This document shows, piece after piece, positions 30,494 to 41,883 of a stretch of DNA of 41,883 nucleotides (position 1 is the stretch's first letter; each line of letters opens with the position of its first letter). The notes beneath the pieces were generated by a model. The model saw only the letters and a list, made by a program, of their open reading frames with translations. It searched no databases and had not been told where the DNA came from. The stretch comes from Craspedostauros australis (taxonomy: Eukaryota), in the NCBI GenBank assembly GCA_030167865.1, contig JALAGF010006341.1:1-41883 (forward strand), read 5' to 3'. The position numbers were made by a program, and so were the translations under genes.

Positions 30494-31693
30494 CTACATC
30501 ATGATGCAGCATCCGCAATCCGTGGAGTTGTCCGGCTTGTCTTGTATGCGGTGGCGCTTCTTCCTCCTCTTCTTCTTTTTCTTCGTCTTCTTCTTGCCCT
30601 CCTTCTTCGCCTGAGTCGCTTTCTCCTTTTCCCCAGCAAAGTCAAATCCTTCTTGCTCTGGTTCCTTCTCTTCCGCCTCCGGTTTGGGCTGCTGCTCTGC
30701 AACGTGGGCGTCCCACTTCTCTTGGCGCTTCTTATTCATCGCCGCTGCAGCCTTCTGGAATTCCGGCACTTCATCTGATGGCTGTTGCTGCTGACCATTG
30801 GTGCCACCCTGCATGGGCGGGGCCGGAACGAAGTTGCGGACGGGCGTTTTGGCTTTGCCATCCTGCTTGGGAACAAAGCTCTTGACTGGTGAGAATTTGG
30901 AGGTGGTCTGGGTCGTTACTCTGGCCTTCACGGGAACAGGCGATGGCTGCGCCGTGCCCATGGCCGTGATGGAGGGGGCATTGGATCTATCGACCGCGAC
31001 ACGCTGCTTCGATACAGGCGAATGTATGACATCCGCGATGGTGGAACGCGGTGGCGCCACCTCACCTGCCAGGACGGAATCCTGCACATTCTGCGGCACG
31101 TTGGCCATGGCCATCTGTCCCATGAGGGCAGGACGCGGAATGCCGATTTTGAACATGTCGCGGAAGGGACCGGCGATCTTCTCGTCTTGCAGCGACAGCT
31201 GTGACACCTTGTCGTTGGAAGCACCTCCGGATGCATTGTTGCCGAAGCGGCCCCCGCGCGAGCTGGATGATCCGTCGACGTTGGCTCCTGCAGCAGACGG
31301 CGGCGGAACCGTCGGGGCCTTCTTCCGTCCCATGATGATATCCTGCAGCTCAGCGGACACGCCTGCCGCCTTCATCTCCCTTTCCACGGCCTGCTTGGGG
31401 AGACCGACCTTCAATTTCTGACCGAACTTCTTGACGATGGCCTCATCTGCCGCACTCAGCGCTGACTGAGCCTGCTGTGGTGATACCTGCTCTTCTCCCG
31501 CACGAGATGCCGCACGACCGCTGCCATTCGCAGGGCTTGAGGGGCTGGACGCGAAGACGGCATCCTGCACGTGCGGGGGGATGCCATCCGTCGCCATCTT
31601 ATGACGGATGGCACCCTCCGGTAACCCACGCTTCAGCAGCGCTTGGTACGTTTGCACCCATCCTTGCTCCTTTGCGGACAGCGCTGGCGCCAT
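30494..31693 (-). CDS. Protein with three ~42-aa CCDC53/WASH-like helical repeats and a polybasic + CaaX (CGCCIMM) C-terminus, 399 aa
   Basis: Repeats LSAKEQGWVQTYQALLKRGLPEGAIRHKMATDGIPPHVQDAV, LSAADEAIVKKFGQKLKVGLPKQAVEREMKAAGVSAELQDII and LSLQDEKIAGPFRDMFKIGIPRPALMGQMAMANVPQNVQDSV. Ends KKKTKKKKKRRKKRHR...CGCCIMM*. First ATG is 31693 (the track start at 31708 is GTG). Confidence 0.8.
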   Translation of the reverse strand: MAPALSAKEQGWVQTYQALLKRGLPEGAIRHKMATDGIPPHVQDAVFASSPSSPANGSGRAASRAGEEQVSPQQAQSALSAADEAIVKKFGQKLKVGLPKQAVEREMKAAGVSAELQDIIMGRKKAPTVPPPSAAGANVDGSSSSRGGRFGNNASGGASNDKVSQLSLQDEKIAGPFRDMFKIGIPRPALMGQMAMANVPQNVQDSVLAGEVAPPRSTIADVIHSPVSKQRVAVDRSNAPSITAMGTAQPSPVPVKARVTTQTTSKFSPVKSFVPKQDGKAKTPVRNFVPAPPMQGGTNGQQQQPSDEVPEFQKAAAAMNKKRQEKWDAHVAEQQPKPEAEEKEPEQEGFDFAGEKEKATQAKKEGKKKTKKKKKRRKKRHRIQDKPDNSTDCGCCIMM

Positions 31694-32575
31694 GACTCTC
31701 TCTTCCACGAGCTGCGGGCTACGGATTGCGGGTTACGGGTGACAGGCTTGGGGACGACGGATACGACAATGTCTTGGTATTGGTGTGTTTTCCTCTCGAT
31801 CAGTGTTGGTCGCTCCACTCCTTCTCTCCAGAGAGAGTCTCGCTCTCTCTACTCGTACTAGTATGGTGGGACTGCAGCTGTTAATGCAACAGTTGAAGTT
31901 AAACTTGCAGTGTATAATATAGAATATTAGGTATTACAGGCAGTGTATTCTATTCCATCCAATGAGGTATGCTCGGCATTCCCCTTGTCTCTTTGTATTG
32001 CTTGAGTGGAATGGTCTGCTCTCTCCATCATCCACTTCGCCTCCACCAACAACCACCCTCGGCTTTTCTCTCCACCAAGGCGACATCATTTGGGGTGTCA
32101 CAAACAATCAGCAGAGGGTCATTTCCGTCCATGTCGCCGGTATCCAACATCTTCGTTTCGAATTCTGTTGGTCCACGGATGACGCCAAACGGGATAGAAG
32201 CACGATTTATCCGCAATCGTGATTCAAGTTGGTCTTGGTTTCACATCGCGACACGAATCAATCGATTCTTGAAATGGTCCACGAATCATGCCAAAGAAGG
32301 TGCGAGACCGAACCAAATCACATCACAGAAAAGAGACGCGAACGAAAGAGAACGCAAAGGACGAAAGATCGTCTTGGTCACTGCCACCAACCTCTCCCTC
32401 TGTGCGTCGGTGTGTTGAGCCGGTGATGGCTGCTTTCTCTCCCTTGCAAACACAACCGACACACAAAAATCAAAGACACCAGAAAGCAAACGCACCAACC
32501 CACGAAACAGCCCCAAGCAGCAGCAGAAGCAGCAACACATCCACCACAGATCAAGACCAAGAGCTCGAGACGATC

Positions 32576-34191
32576 ATGACCATCGACATTTACCCAGAAA
32601 TCGTGACCCAGGACGACCTCTCCCCCGACGAGGGATTTGGAAGCGAAGTGGACGACTTGTGCCAGGTGAGCATACATGCGAGCCGCGTACAGTCAGCAAT
32701 GTGTGTGATCGAAGTTGAAAGTGGCCATCCGCACCCTCTACGATTGGCCGAGTTCGCGACGTCTTGTGGCAGATCGGTAGACATTGCCACTGCAACTTTC
32801 GTGCCTGTTGGTAGTTATTCGAACTCCTGCTTCCGTATCCAGCATTCTTTTCATGGTGCATGAATGTGCGCACAATCATAAACGAGCATTCACACGTGTT
32901 CTAACACCGGCACCACCCATTCCCCATTCTTGACGACTTCCGCACTGCACGCTCATCTGATCACAGCAAATCCATGACGCCACCGAGGGATGGGGTGCCA
33001 ACAAAGACAAAACCATCGAAGCGTTGGCCACTCAAGACGCCACCCGCCGCCACCAGATATCTCTCAGATACAAGGAGCTCTTCCAGAAGGATTTGAGAGA
33101 TGTCATGAAGAAGGAGTTCTCCGGCGATTTGGGAAATGCTCTGCAGTTCCTGGCGTGCCCAGCCGACGAGGCCGAATGCCGCATGCTCAAGAAGGCCATG
33201 GATGGCATCGGTGCCCAGGCGAATGTTATCTTCGCCATCATGACGGGGCGCACCAACAGCGAGATGGAACGCATCAAGCGCACCTTCTTCAAGCTCTACA
33301 CCAAGGATTTGGGCAAGCGATTGGCGGGCGAATTGCACGGTGACATGGAGCGACTTATTTTCAACTGTCTGCAGGCGGGCGAGGAAGAATACGATCCGCA
33401 GTACCACACCAAGGAGAAGGCATTGGAGGATGCCGAGGAGGTCCACAAGAAGGGGCAGGGCAAGTTCTTCGGGACTGACGAGCGGGGCATTTACAAGATT
33501 CTGTGCGCCGCACCACCTGAGCACATCGAGAACATAAATCAGGCCTACGCCGACAAGTACGGGTACACCCTCATGAAGGCATTGGAGAAGGAGCTTGGCG
33601 GAAACGCCGAGAAGGCATCCGTCCACATGATTGGCATGAAGCTCAAGCCGTACCCGACCATCGCGAAGCTCGTCAAGAGCGCTTGCGCAGGTATCGGAAC
33701 TGACGAGCTCCTGTTGACGACATGCATCGTGCGGTATCAGACGGTCATGAAGGACGGTAAGTTCGGTTCAGTTGCGATGCATCATGATCGATTCTTGTAT
33801 TCAATACAGTGCTGCATGCGTGCGCCACATGTGTCATCAGATGCACGGCAGACGGATGGCCTAAATTACGATTCGAAAGGAGGTGTGTCACGTTAATCGT
33901 CTTATCTTCTACAGGGTTGGCTTATTGGCACTCACTGTCGCATCGACCCGTCACCCCCCCATCAACCACCGCGTTCGTCCATCGTTCCCACATGTATGGT
34001 GTGTCGGTGGTTTCCTTTCCTTGTTTCGTGCAACAACAACTCATATTATACCACGCAATCATACAGTCATGACCGCGCATATCGAAGAGTATGGCAAGAG
34101 CATCCATGACCGCGTAAGAGAGGAGTGTGGTGGCAAATACAAGAGCGTTCTGCTGGCAGCACTGAACGCTGTGTGGCCAGAAGAGGGATAA
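32576..34191 (+). CDS. Annexin (four repeats), ~334 aa; exons 32576-32665, 32967-33756, 34067-34191
   Basis: Annexin repeats: ATEGWGANKDK...KEFSGDLG, AMDGIGAQ...GELHGDME, GKFFGTDE...KELGGNAE, CAGIGTDE...EECGGKYK. Two GT-AG introns (32666-32966, 33757-34066) splice in frame; total 1005 nt. Confidence 0.92.
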
Positions 34192-34710
34192 ACAATGCGA
34201 CTCCGCTATGCGATACTCTGCATTCGTACGAGCTACGAGCATCATCACATGAATACTCGTCCGTACGTACCCCGCAACAGCAAAACCGTGCCAACAATTC
34301 AATGAAGGGACAAGCGGAGGCCAGCCCGTGTGCGCCATCCATTCCAACGTGACAGTGTTGTACACATACCAAACCCGCATGTAGTAGAAGGACAACACAA
34401 CCACAAGCACTCTCTCACCAGTACTTGCAGAGAGCACAGAGTAACAGATACGCAGAACGAAATGGGACGAAACCCGGAGAGGAGAATGTATGAATGCAAT
34501 GATGCGACGTTTTCACCAGAAATCCCAACTTGAATGTATAAGATTAGGACAACACCATGGGAGTACACACGACGTAATAGCAACTCGTGAAGCAGTTGCC
34601 TGGTCGGCGATTTTTACAAGTGCGTGCGAGTGTGTGGTACATGCGCGCATACATGGTTGCTTGCACTAATACGGCCACGAAACGTGTACGCGTATCCATA
34701 CGAAACCAGA

Positions 34711-37700
34711 TCATCGCCGTGTGCGAGCCTTCTTGTGTTTCGAGCCTCCGCGTCGTGGCTCTCCCTCGCCCTCGTCCTCGTCCTCACCATCGGCATCAGC
34801 GTCGACGTCATCGTCGCCTTCTGCCTCGTCTGCATCGTGGTCGTCATCATCTGCGGTCCCAGGCGCACGACGCTTGTTGGCGGATGATGCCCCTCCCTGC
34901 CGTTGCTTGAGGAATTTGGGGATGTTCCAGTCCTGCGGGTTCTTGAAGTTGAACGGCCCGTTGAAGATGCAGAGCACGGTCATGGCTTCCACCTCCATGT
35001 CGGTGAGATTCGGCAGCAATTTGGGAGTGATCAGAAAGTATTGGCCGCTGTGGTTCATCGCTCCCTCGCGTCCAGGTTTGCGAGTTGAATTCTCAACGAT
35101 GCGTCGGAAGACGAGGCGTTCGTTGCGTTCATCCAGACCTTGGTTAATCTCATCGACGCAACGGAATGGCGCCACCATCATGTCCTGCAATGCCATCAAG
35201 TACATGATGGTGGACACTGATCGTTCGCCGCCACTCTGGACGCGAGCTGACAACACCTGCGGCTTCGTGTTCTCGCGGAAGCTGACGCGGATCTCGATCC
35301 CCCAGTCCTTGAAGCTTCCCTCCTCTTCCTCTTCTCCATCCGCCTCTCCTTCCGTCAACGCCACCTCGCCTTGGCAACCCAGCTCGCTCATGTACTGCGA
35401 GAACTTCGTGTCAATTTTGTTGACGGAATTCTTCAAGGCGGCCTGCCACGGCCCCTTCTTGTGCTGCATCTCCTTCACTTTGTCGTTCTTCGACAGCTGC
35501 ATCTGCTCCACCTGCTGATCCATCTCCTCGATCTGGACCTGCTGTCTGAGATACTGCCGCACGACATTCGGATCCGCCACGATTTCGTTGATTTTGGCCT
35601 CCGCCTCTTCCAAGGCGGCTTCACCTTCCTCAATCGTCTCCATGGGGATGGCCTCCAGTTCTGCCTTTAGCGGTAATTCGTTGCCGTCCCCATCATACAA
35701 CGGCGCATCCTGCTCCGCCTTAGTCTTCAAACTTTCCAATTCTCGACGGCTCTCCTGGTAGGCCCTGTGCGCATTGTGGACCTCACGTTCGGCTTTCTTG
35801 AAGTCGTGATCCATGTCTTCTTTCGCTTGTCTGGCATGCCGTTCGTCTGCTGCTGCTCTGTCCTTCTGGATCCTAATGCCTGCACATCGGTAGGTTGCGC
35901 TCATCAAGTTACTGTGACAGTCTCCGTGGAACTTCATCGCGGATATAGAGTTTGCCAACCGCAACCTCAGCTCGCTGACCTTCTTACTCTTTTCTGCCAT
36001 GCTGTCATCCTGGAGCATTTCCTCCATTTCCTGCAGCTTGCGCTCTGCATTCTTGATCCTCCCGCTGTGCTTGAAGAAGTTATCCAGATTGGCCTTGGTG
36101 GTCTGAAGCGCCACATGGAGCTGCTGACCCTCTTCCATTACGTCCGCCGTCTTCGTCTTTGCCTCCGTCATCGCTGCACGTGCTGCCTCCAGCGCCTTCG
36201 CACATTCATCGAACTGGGACTTGATCTCCTGCTTCTTCTCCTCGCTCACGCCGGGTGCCAGCTGTCTGGCGTCCTTCACGTCATCTATGACGGTCGAGAG
36301 GTTGCGGTTGCCGTAGTTGGAAACCCTTCCCATGTAACGGTACGATCGACCGCCTTCGCATGTGAAGATGGAGAATCCTTGCTTCTTGTTTGGATCGGCC
36401 TCGTTCCTGGAAAGTTCCTCCAGCAGGCCATTGTTCAAGCTCTCCTGGGTCTTTTCGGTTCCAATTAACACCTTGTGAACCTGCGCGGCGTTGCGCAGAG
36501 CCTGCTGCACGGCATCGGGTGCGTCGAATCCTTCGTCCATGTACCCGATCACCCCATGATCCCGCTTCAGTACTTCCATGCGCTGCTCGGAGTACATCCG
36601 GTGTGGCACTGCGTCTCCTCTATCTCCTTTGGCGATGATGATGTTGATGGGAATCCGTTTCTCCTGACGGACCTTGCTGTACAACAGATCGTAATCCTCC
36701 TTGCTTTGGACGACGAATGCTTTCAACATGGCGTTAGGCACGTGGTGCTCCAAGTAGTTCGCGACAATGGCAGATTTGGTCGTCACCTCACAAACGACTG
36801 GAAGCGCCATACGAGTATGAACGTACGAGTAGGTGATGCGCGTGTTGTGATTTGCGAATGATCCATGGTAATTTCGTGGAGCCGTGTACGCACGTAGGTA
36901 TGCATGCGTGCGAGCAGAGAGGAAGGCGATCGCATGAATTGCCACCAATGGAGAGCAAACAGGCGGAGAGTAGGAAGCAGACAAAGGTGCAGTGGCGAAC
37001 TGTGTGAGTTGCATCAATATCAATATAGCATTGGTATTCAAAGACGCGTTTTCTACCATGCACATGACCCATGAGACATGGCGCATGTCATATCAGAACA
37101 TCAATGAGGATGTGAAGCGAAACAGACATGTTTGAAACAGAGCAATAATACCAGCGCATGTATCCGTCCAGCATCCATCCGTCCAACATTCATGCATTCA
37201 ACCAACCAATCAACCAAACCCCCTCTCCTCGCCACCCGCAGGACTTACTGGGACCCCAGACCTGTTTACGAAAGAGACTGCGGTTGTCATCGACCCATTT
37301 GAAGGCATTGCTGAGATTCGGTTGCTGTCGAAAGATTCGCTCCCGTCGTTGGACCTTGTCATCCTTGATCTTTTCGAACTTGGCTCTGGCATGGTGGAAG
37401 TTCTCTTCGACGTCGCGGACATGCACCTCAGCATTTCGAGTTTCACGACGCGCGGCATCCAACTTGGGATTGATGGCCATTCGTTCGTTCTTGGCGTGTT
37501 CGTAGTCGTTGCGGATGTCCTCCTCGGGAGGAAACTGCTCAAACTCTTTCTGCAGCACCTCCAATTTATTCCGCGTATCTTGTGCCTTGCGACGAATCTG
37601 TTCCCTCCGTTCGTCGATTTCTCCGATCTCATTGATGATGCCCTCGATCTTGTCATCGTGATTTTCGTACTTTTGAAGCTGCTTCTCCAATTCCGCACGA

Positions 37701-38998
37701 TACGATTGGATCTCGTCGTGCTTCTTCGAGAACTCCTGCCTGATCGTCTTGTGTGCCTCGACTGCCTCCATGTGCAAATCCTCCAGCGGTTTCAGCTCGG
37801 CTTGCACTGCCTGCATCTTCTTCTTTGCTTCCTGTTTCGCCGCCCTTGCATCCAGGCATGCGGTCCGCGAAGCATCGAACTTCAACCAAACGAGCTTCTT
37901 CTTGAGCATGAGCGATTGCTCGATCGCCCGCTCTCGCTGCTCCATCCTCTCCTTCTCGCGTTCCAAGCGAGCATGCTCCGTCCTGAGCTGAGCCAGCTTC
38001 TGCTTCACATTTTCCAGGTTGCTGTGTCCGCTCCGCAACTCCTCCTGTGCTTCGATCAGATTCAAGTGCGTCTTGTACAAGTGTTGGCTGGTGCTGAGAG
38101 ACTTCTCCGTCTCGATGAGCAGGCTTTGGGAATTGAACCCGCTGAAGCTCCCCACCCTGTCTTGCGGCAAGAAGGTGCAAAGATTGTCCACCGACACGCC
38201 GAAGTCGTTCAGCACCATCTCGCGGATGTGCTTTGGAGTCACCAGTTTCCCGTCGAGGTAGAAGCACGAGTTTTTCTTGGACTTTGTGCCATCCCGTGTG
38301 ATGAAGCGCTTGATGATGGGATTGGAGCTATTAATCGAGGCGTTCTTGAGCTCGATCTCGATGCTGCCTTGCGTCTCACCATTCATGACGAAGGTCTCGA
38401 TGTCGCTCGCTCGACCCAGAAGCTTTGGTTCTCCACCCAATCCCAAACAAATGGCGCATAGAATGGTCGATTTGCCTGTTCCGTTGGGTCCGACGACCAT
38501 GTTGAGTCTACATAATGAAAACATCCCAAACCGAAATAGCGCAGCGTGGATAGCGTTATCGAGAAGCAAATGAAACAAAGGAATGAGACGATCAGTTAAC
38601 ATCACGCTTGTGCGGCACTGATCAAAGAGACGATAACGAAGCCAGTGGACGTCATATGCTCCAATGGGAATTGTGCTATGCAATGGATCATTCACAAACG
38701 AAACAGAATCATCGCGCCAACAGCAATGCCCTCAACTGCAGTGATGTTGGCATCCACAACGACAGTGGCAGTGACAGTGACAACGAGAATGACACCGACG
38801 GCACAAAGGGAAATTGGAAGGTCAGCATCATCAATGCCGTCGTTTCTGGATTGGATGGATCACGTCGACGCACCTTGGTCCTGGCCGACATTCCACATCC
38901 TTGTAGGTGAGGAAGTTGTGCAGCTTGAGTCTGCACACGGAACCGTGCTTGTAGTCCCCAACAACCTTTAGGCGTTCTCTGCGCTCAGCCTCTGACAT
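34711..38998 (-). CDS. SMC5: Structural maintenance of chromosomes protein 5, ~1156 aa; exons 38998-38874, 38507-37249, 36797-34711
   Basis: N-terminal GSVCRLKLHNFLTY...PGPRLNMVVGPNGTGKS (Walker A), NLCTFLPQDRV (Q-loop), coiled coils, hinge VWGPIVCEV, signature QSGGERSVSTIMYLMALQ, Walker B PFRCVDEINQGLD and SMC5-typical QYFLITPKLLP. Introns 38873-38508 and 37248-36798 are GT-AG and keep frame (3471 nt). Confidence 0.95.
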
Positions 38999-40101
38999 GA
39001 AATACATCTTGGAGTCGACCTTCGACGATCACGCTGGATGACGGCAGGAGTGATTGAAACAATGCCGTTGCTGTGCCTTGTACTTGAGTTCTGTACGTGA
39101 ATGTTGTGCAACTGCAGACAGGATGCGATCTTTGGCCACAACACCAGTGACAGTGGCAGAGACAGCGGTGGCAACAGCAGCAATGATGTTGATTGAGACG
39201 CCTCGGCGAAGCTCGATGAAGCCTCGTTTTGCGTGCCCTTCGCGTCGCTCCGCCTCGGCACTCTCTCCACAAGAAAGATCCTCGCGCTGTCTCTGATTCC
39301 CTGAATGATCCTTGGTGGGAGAGGATAGACGCAGTTGGTTGGCCTGTCTTGTCTCTCCTTGTTCAGGTGTGTGTTCGTGGTGTGCGAATTCGGAGGTGTC
39401 TTTGTTTTTTGTTTGGCGTGTTGTTTCTTGCTCTGTTGTGTGCGGCAATGCATCATCACAGATCGTGTGTTTTTGGTCAGCATGGTTGCACCCTTGAGAC
39501 GGAACAAAACCACAACACAAAATTCCCACCACCACAAACAACTCGATTCAGAAACGAGACTCTCTCTGTTGGTCGATGGAGTCGAAAATGGCGTGAGGGA
39601 TCTCGGGTCGCACAAGTCGACAATGAAGGTGTCTTCGTCGACGATCGTGACAATTGCGGGACTCGCGCAACGTACAACGAAGTAGGTAACCAATCCCTTC
39701 ATCAAATGAGTGTCTAGCTTCGCGCCCTTTCTGCAACGATGAACATGACATGTTCTTGCGGCAATGGGCAGAGCGATAGATGACGACCGGACAACAAGCA
39801 TCCTTGGGAGAGGCACTACTATACGCGATTGGTTGTTTTGATCAAACAGTTGAGCAATTTATATGACTATTTTTTCTGCATGGACGAGGAGAGTACAAGT
39901 GTTGACCAGCTCGTGGCTGTGCTTGAATGGTCGAGGTATCGAAGATCCCGATTGTATGATAGTTCGCAATCTTGGACCCTGGTACCATTGCTGGCAGCTG
40001 TCAGTCCCCTTGACACTTGTGCTCAACACGAGGTGTGCTCGACATGTACACTTTCACAGATATCATCAGCCCCGAAAGGTGATAAATTGAACGGAGGGTG
40101 C

Positions 40102-41383
40102 TTAGAGAGCGGTGTTGCACACCTCAACGAGCAATGCCTCGTAGTCTCCGCCGGTCTCGCTTCTGACGGTGTCCTGGACGGTCTTGCCCTCCTTCTCGAT
40201 GTAGGCCTCCATGACGTCCTTCAGGATATTCTGGTAACGGATGAGTGTGCAGGTGAGCATCAACTCGTTGGTTCCGAATCCCTTGCATGCCTTGGTGATG
40301 AGGTCGGCCACAGCTTCGTATGGCTGGAGCTTCATGGCGAGCATGAAGACAGCAGCATCCTCCAATTGTCCACCGAGCTCCTTCTTCAGGACCTTGAGGA
40401 GGGTGTAGCCGTGCTCCTCGGCGTACGAAGTGTTCAGTGCCTTGAGGTACTCTGGCGGGCATTTGCAGAGAGTCTTGAAGAGGCCAGCCTCGTCGGTTCC
40501 CCACTTGCCCTGTCCTGCGTCGTACAGGATCTCGATATCCTCCTTCATCTTGTCCTCGCTGCCGTGGAACTCCTCGTCGTATTCCTCCTCGCAAGCCTGC
40601 ATGCAGTTCACGATGAGCTTTTCAAAATCGCCGCCCAATTCCTCGTCGAGAATGCGTCCGAGGTCCTCGTCGTACATGTCGAAGTATGTCTTCTTCAGGA
40701 TCTGCATGTCCTCGTTGCTGCGTCCGCAGATGATGGGGTAAAGGACCTCCTCCTTGGATCCCATTCCCTTGCATGCCTTCTGGATCATGTCGCACTCGGC
40801 TTGGACTGGCGTCACGGCCAAGAACTTTAGCGCGGTTCCGAAGTCTCCGTTTCCGCACTCGCTCTTCACGACGTCTCTCAGCTCCTTGTCGAACATCTCC
40901 TTGAACTTGATTGGAATTTGGCATCTTTGTTCCGGTGTGGTTGCCGCAAGAGCCTTGACAAGGCGCTTCTCATCGGTGCCCCATCCCTTGCAGGCCTCGT
41001 TGATTTCCTGCCATTCGTTTGCGTAACAGCAGGGTTTGAAAGTTATCAGATGGAAGGAGGGAAGTGGTGCCAACGTTGATGAAGAGGCAAAGGGCAATCA
41101 TGCGAACGAATTGAAGGGAAGCAGGTGTTGGACAGAGATGAAGGAGAAAGAGACGCAGAAGTGAGAATTCGTCCAAAGTGATTCGTTGGGATTCAGACGC
41201 CGTTCCTCCAGTCCGTGTTGCCATTGTCGCAAGGGACACGATTTGATCAAGGCAATGCCATCTCGCCGTCGCACTCGTGCGAACGCATCATCGTACCTCG
41301 CAGATGCCTTCAATCTCCTCTCCGACAGCGTCTGGGGAAAGATCGCCGTCGTAGATCATCTGTGGGTAGATTCCGAGACTCAT
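40102..41383 (-). CDS. Annexin (four repeats), ~330 aa; exons 41383-41297 and 41007-40102
   Basis: Endonexin-type motifs KGWGTDE, KGMGSKEE, GKWGTDE and KGFGTNE, with downstream SECGNGDF, EELGGDF, KELGGQL and SETGGDY. Exon 1 (MSLGIYPQMIYDGDLSPD...ICE) is homologous to exon 1 of the other annexin. GT-AG intron 41296-41008. Confidence 0.93.
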
Positions 41384-41883
41384 GGTTGCAGTTGGGGTGG
41401 GTGTCGGGTGTGCTTGTGGTGCTTGTGGCGGTGGTGGTGACGAGGTTGCTTCGTTGGCGAAGTTTTGCAAATTTATGTCAGAGAGAGGAGGCAGTTGGAT
41501 CTTTCCGCATGTGTCGTCGTGTGTTGTGGTGTGTTGTGGTGTGTCGTGGTTCTGTGTTGCTGGTTTGCTCACAAGGGACGGATGTGCGCAACATGCGACG
41601 GGCACGAACCATGTGGTGTCATGCGCAACACACACTGCGACGTTTCGCCCTACATTTTCAACGACAAGATTCGGAAGAAGAACAGCGAAGCAAGGAGGAG
41701 AAGAATCCTTTTTGCTGTTGAGAAAGTCCATTCGTGTATAATCCGGGATTGCTCTGTCGATGGTTGCCAAATCGCACATTCGGTTCGCATGTTTATTTGG
41801 GGGCGAAAACAAACAAAAGAGCAATTGATCAGTCTGTCTACCCATCCGTGCGATGGATCATTTCGCATCCCCAAAATCGCGCA

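Noticed and set aside
31871..31899. Imperfect hairpin ACTGCAGCTGTT-N5-AACAGTTGAAGT in the divergent promoter region
   Set aside because: A 10/12 stem is plausible by chance in 42 kb, and there is no supporting evidence of function.
36798..38873. ORF-track N-terminal extensions and the split of SMC5 into 501-aa and 791-aa ORFs
   Set aside because: Explained by GT-AG introns; splicing gives one continuous SMC5, so it is neither two genes nor a pseudogene.
38968..40830. ORFs 38968-39816 (-) and 39829-40830 (+)
   Set aside because: The first is in a different frame from SMC5 exon 1 and looks like UTR/promoter sequence; the second is the antisense shadow of the annexin.

Overview
Eukaryotic nuclear DNA with short GT-AG introns, microsatellites and small N gaps; gene content and style suggest a diatom or other stramenopile (inference). 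Left end (1-2.9 kb): a hypothetical ORF that appears interrupted by a 928-bp non-autonomous element with ~345-bp terminal inverted repeats, plus a 234-bp gap-flanking duplication. Then a 998-aa TPR protein (+), mitochondrial trans-2-enoyl-ACP/CoA reductase MECR (+), a small bromodomain+ET protein (-, 2 exons), a 4019-aa uninterrupted giant ORF (+), a TBC Rab-GAP (+, 2 exons), a protein with three CCDC53/WASH-like repeats and a polybasic CaaX tail (-), annexin A (+, 3 exons), SMC5 (-, 3 exons) and annexin B (-, 2 exons). The most notable object is the giant protein: N-myristoylation motif, ~1500-aa acidic disordered tract, a divergent RelA/SpoT (alarmone synthetase)-like nucleotidyltransferase domain, 15 copies of PFAGGGIAAAAAMAAAKK (14 identical) with a 291-bp higher-order period, and a TPR-like C-terminus. 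All calls come from reading motifs by eye; no database searches were run.
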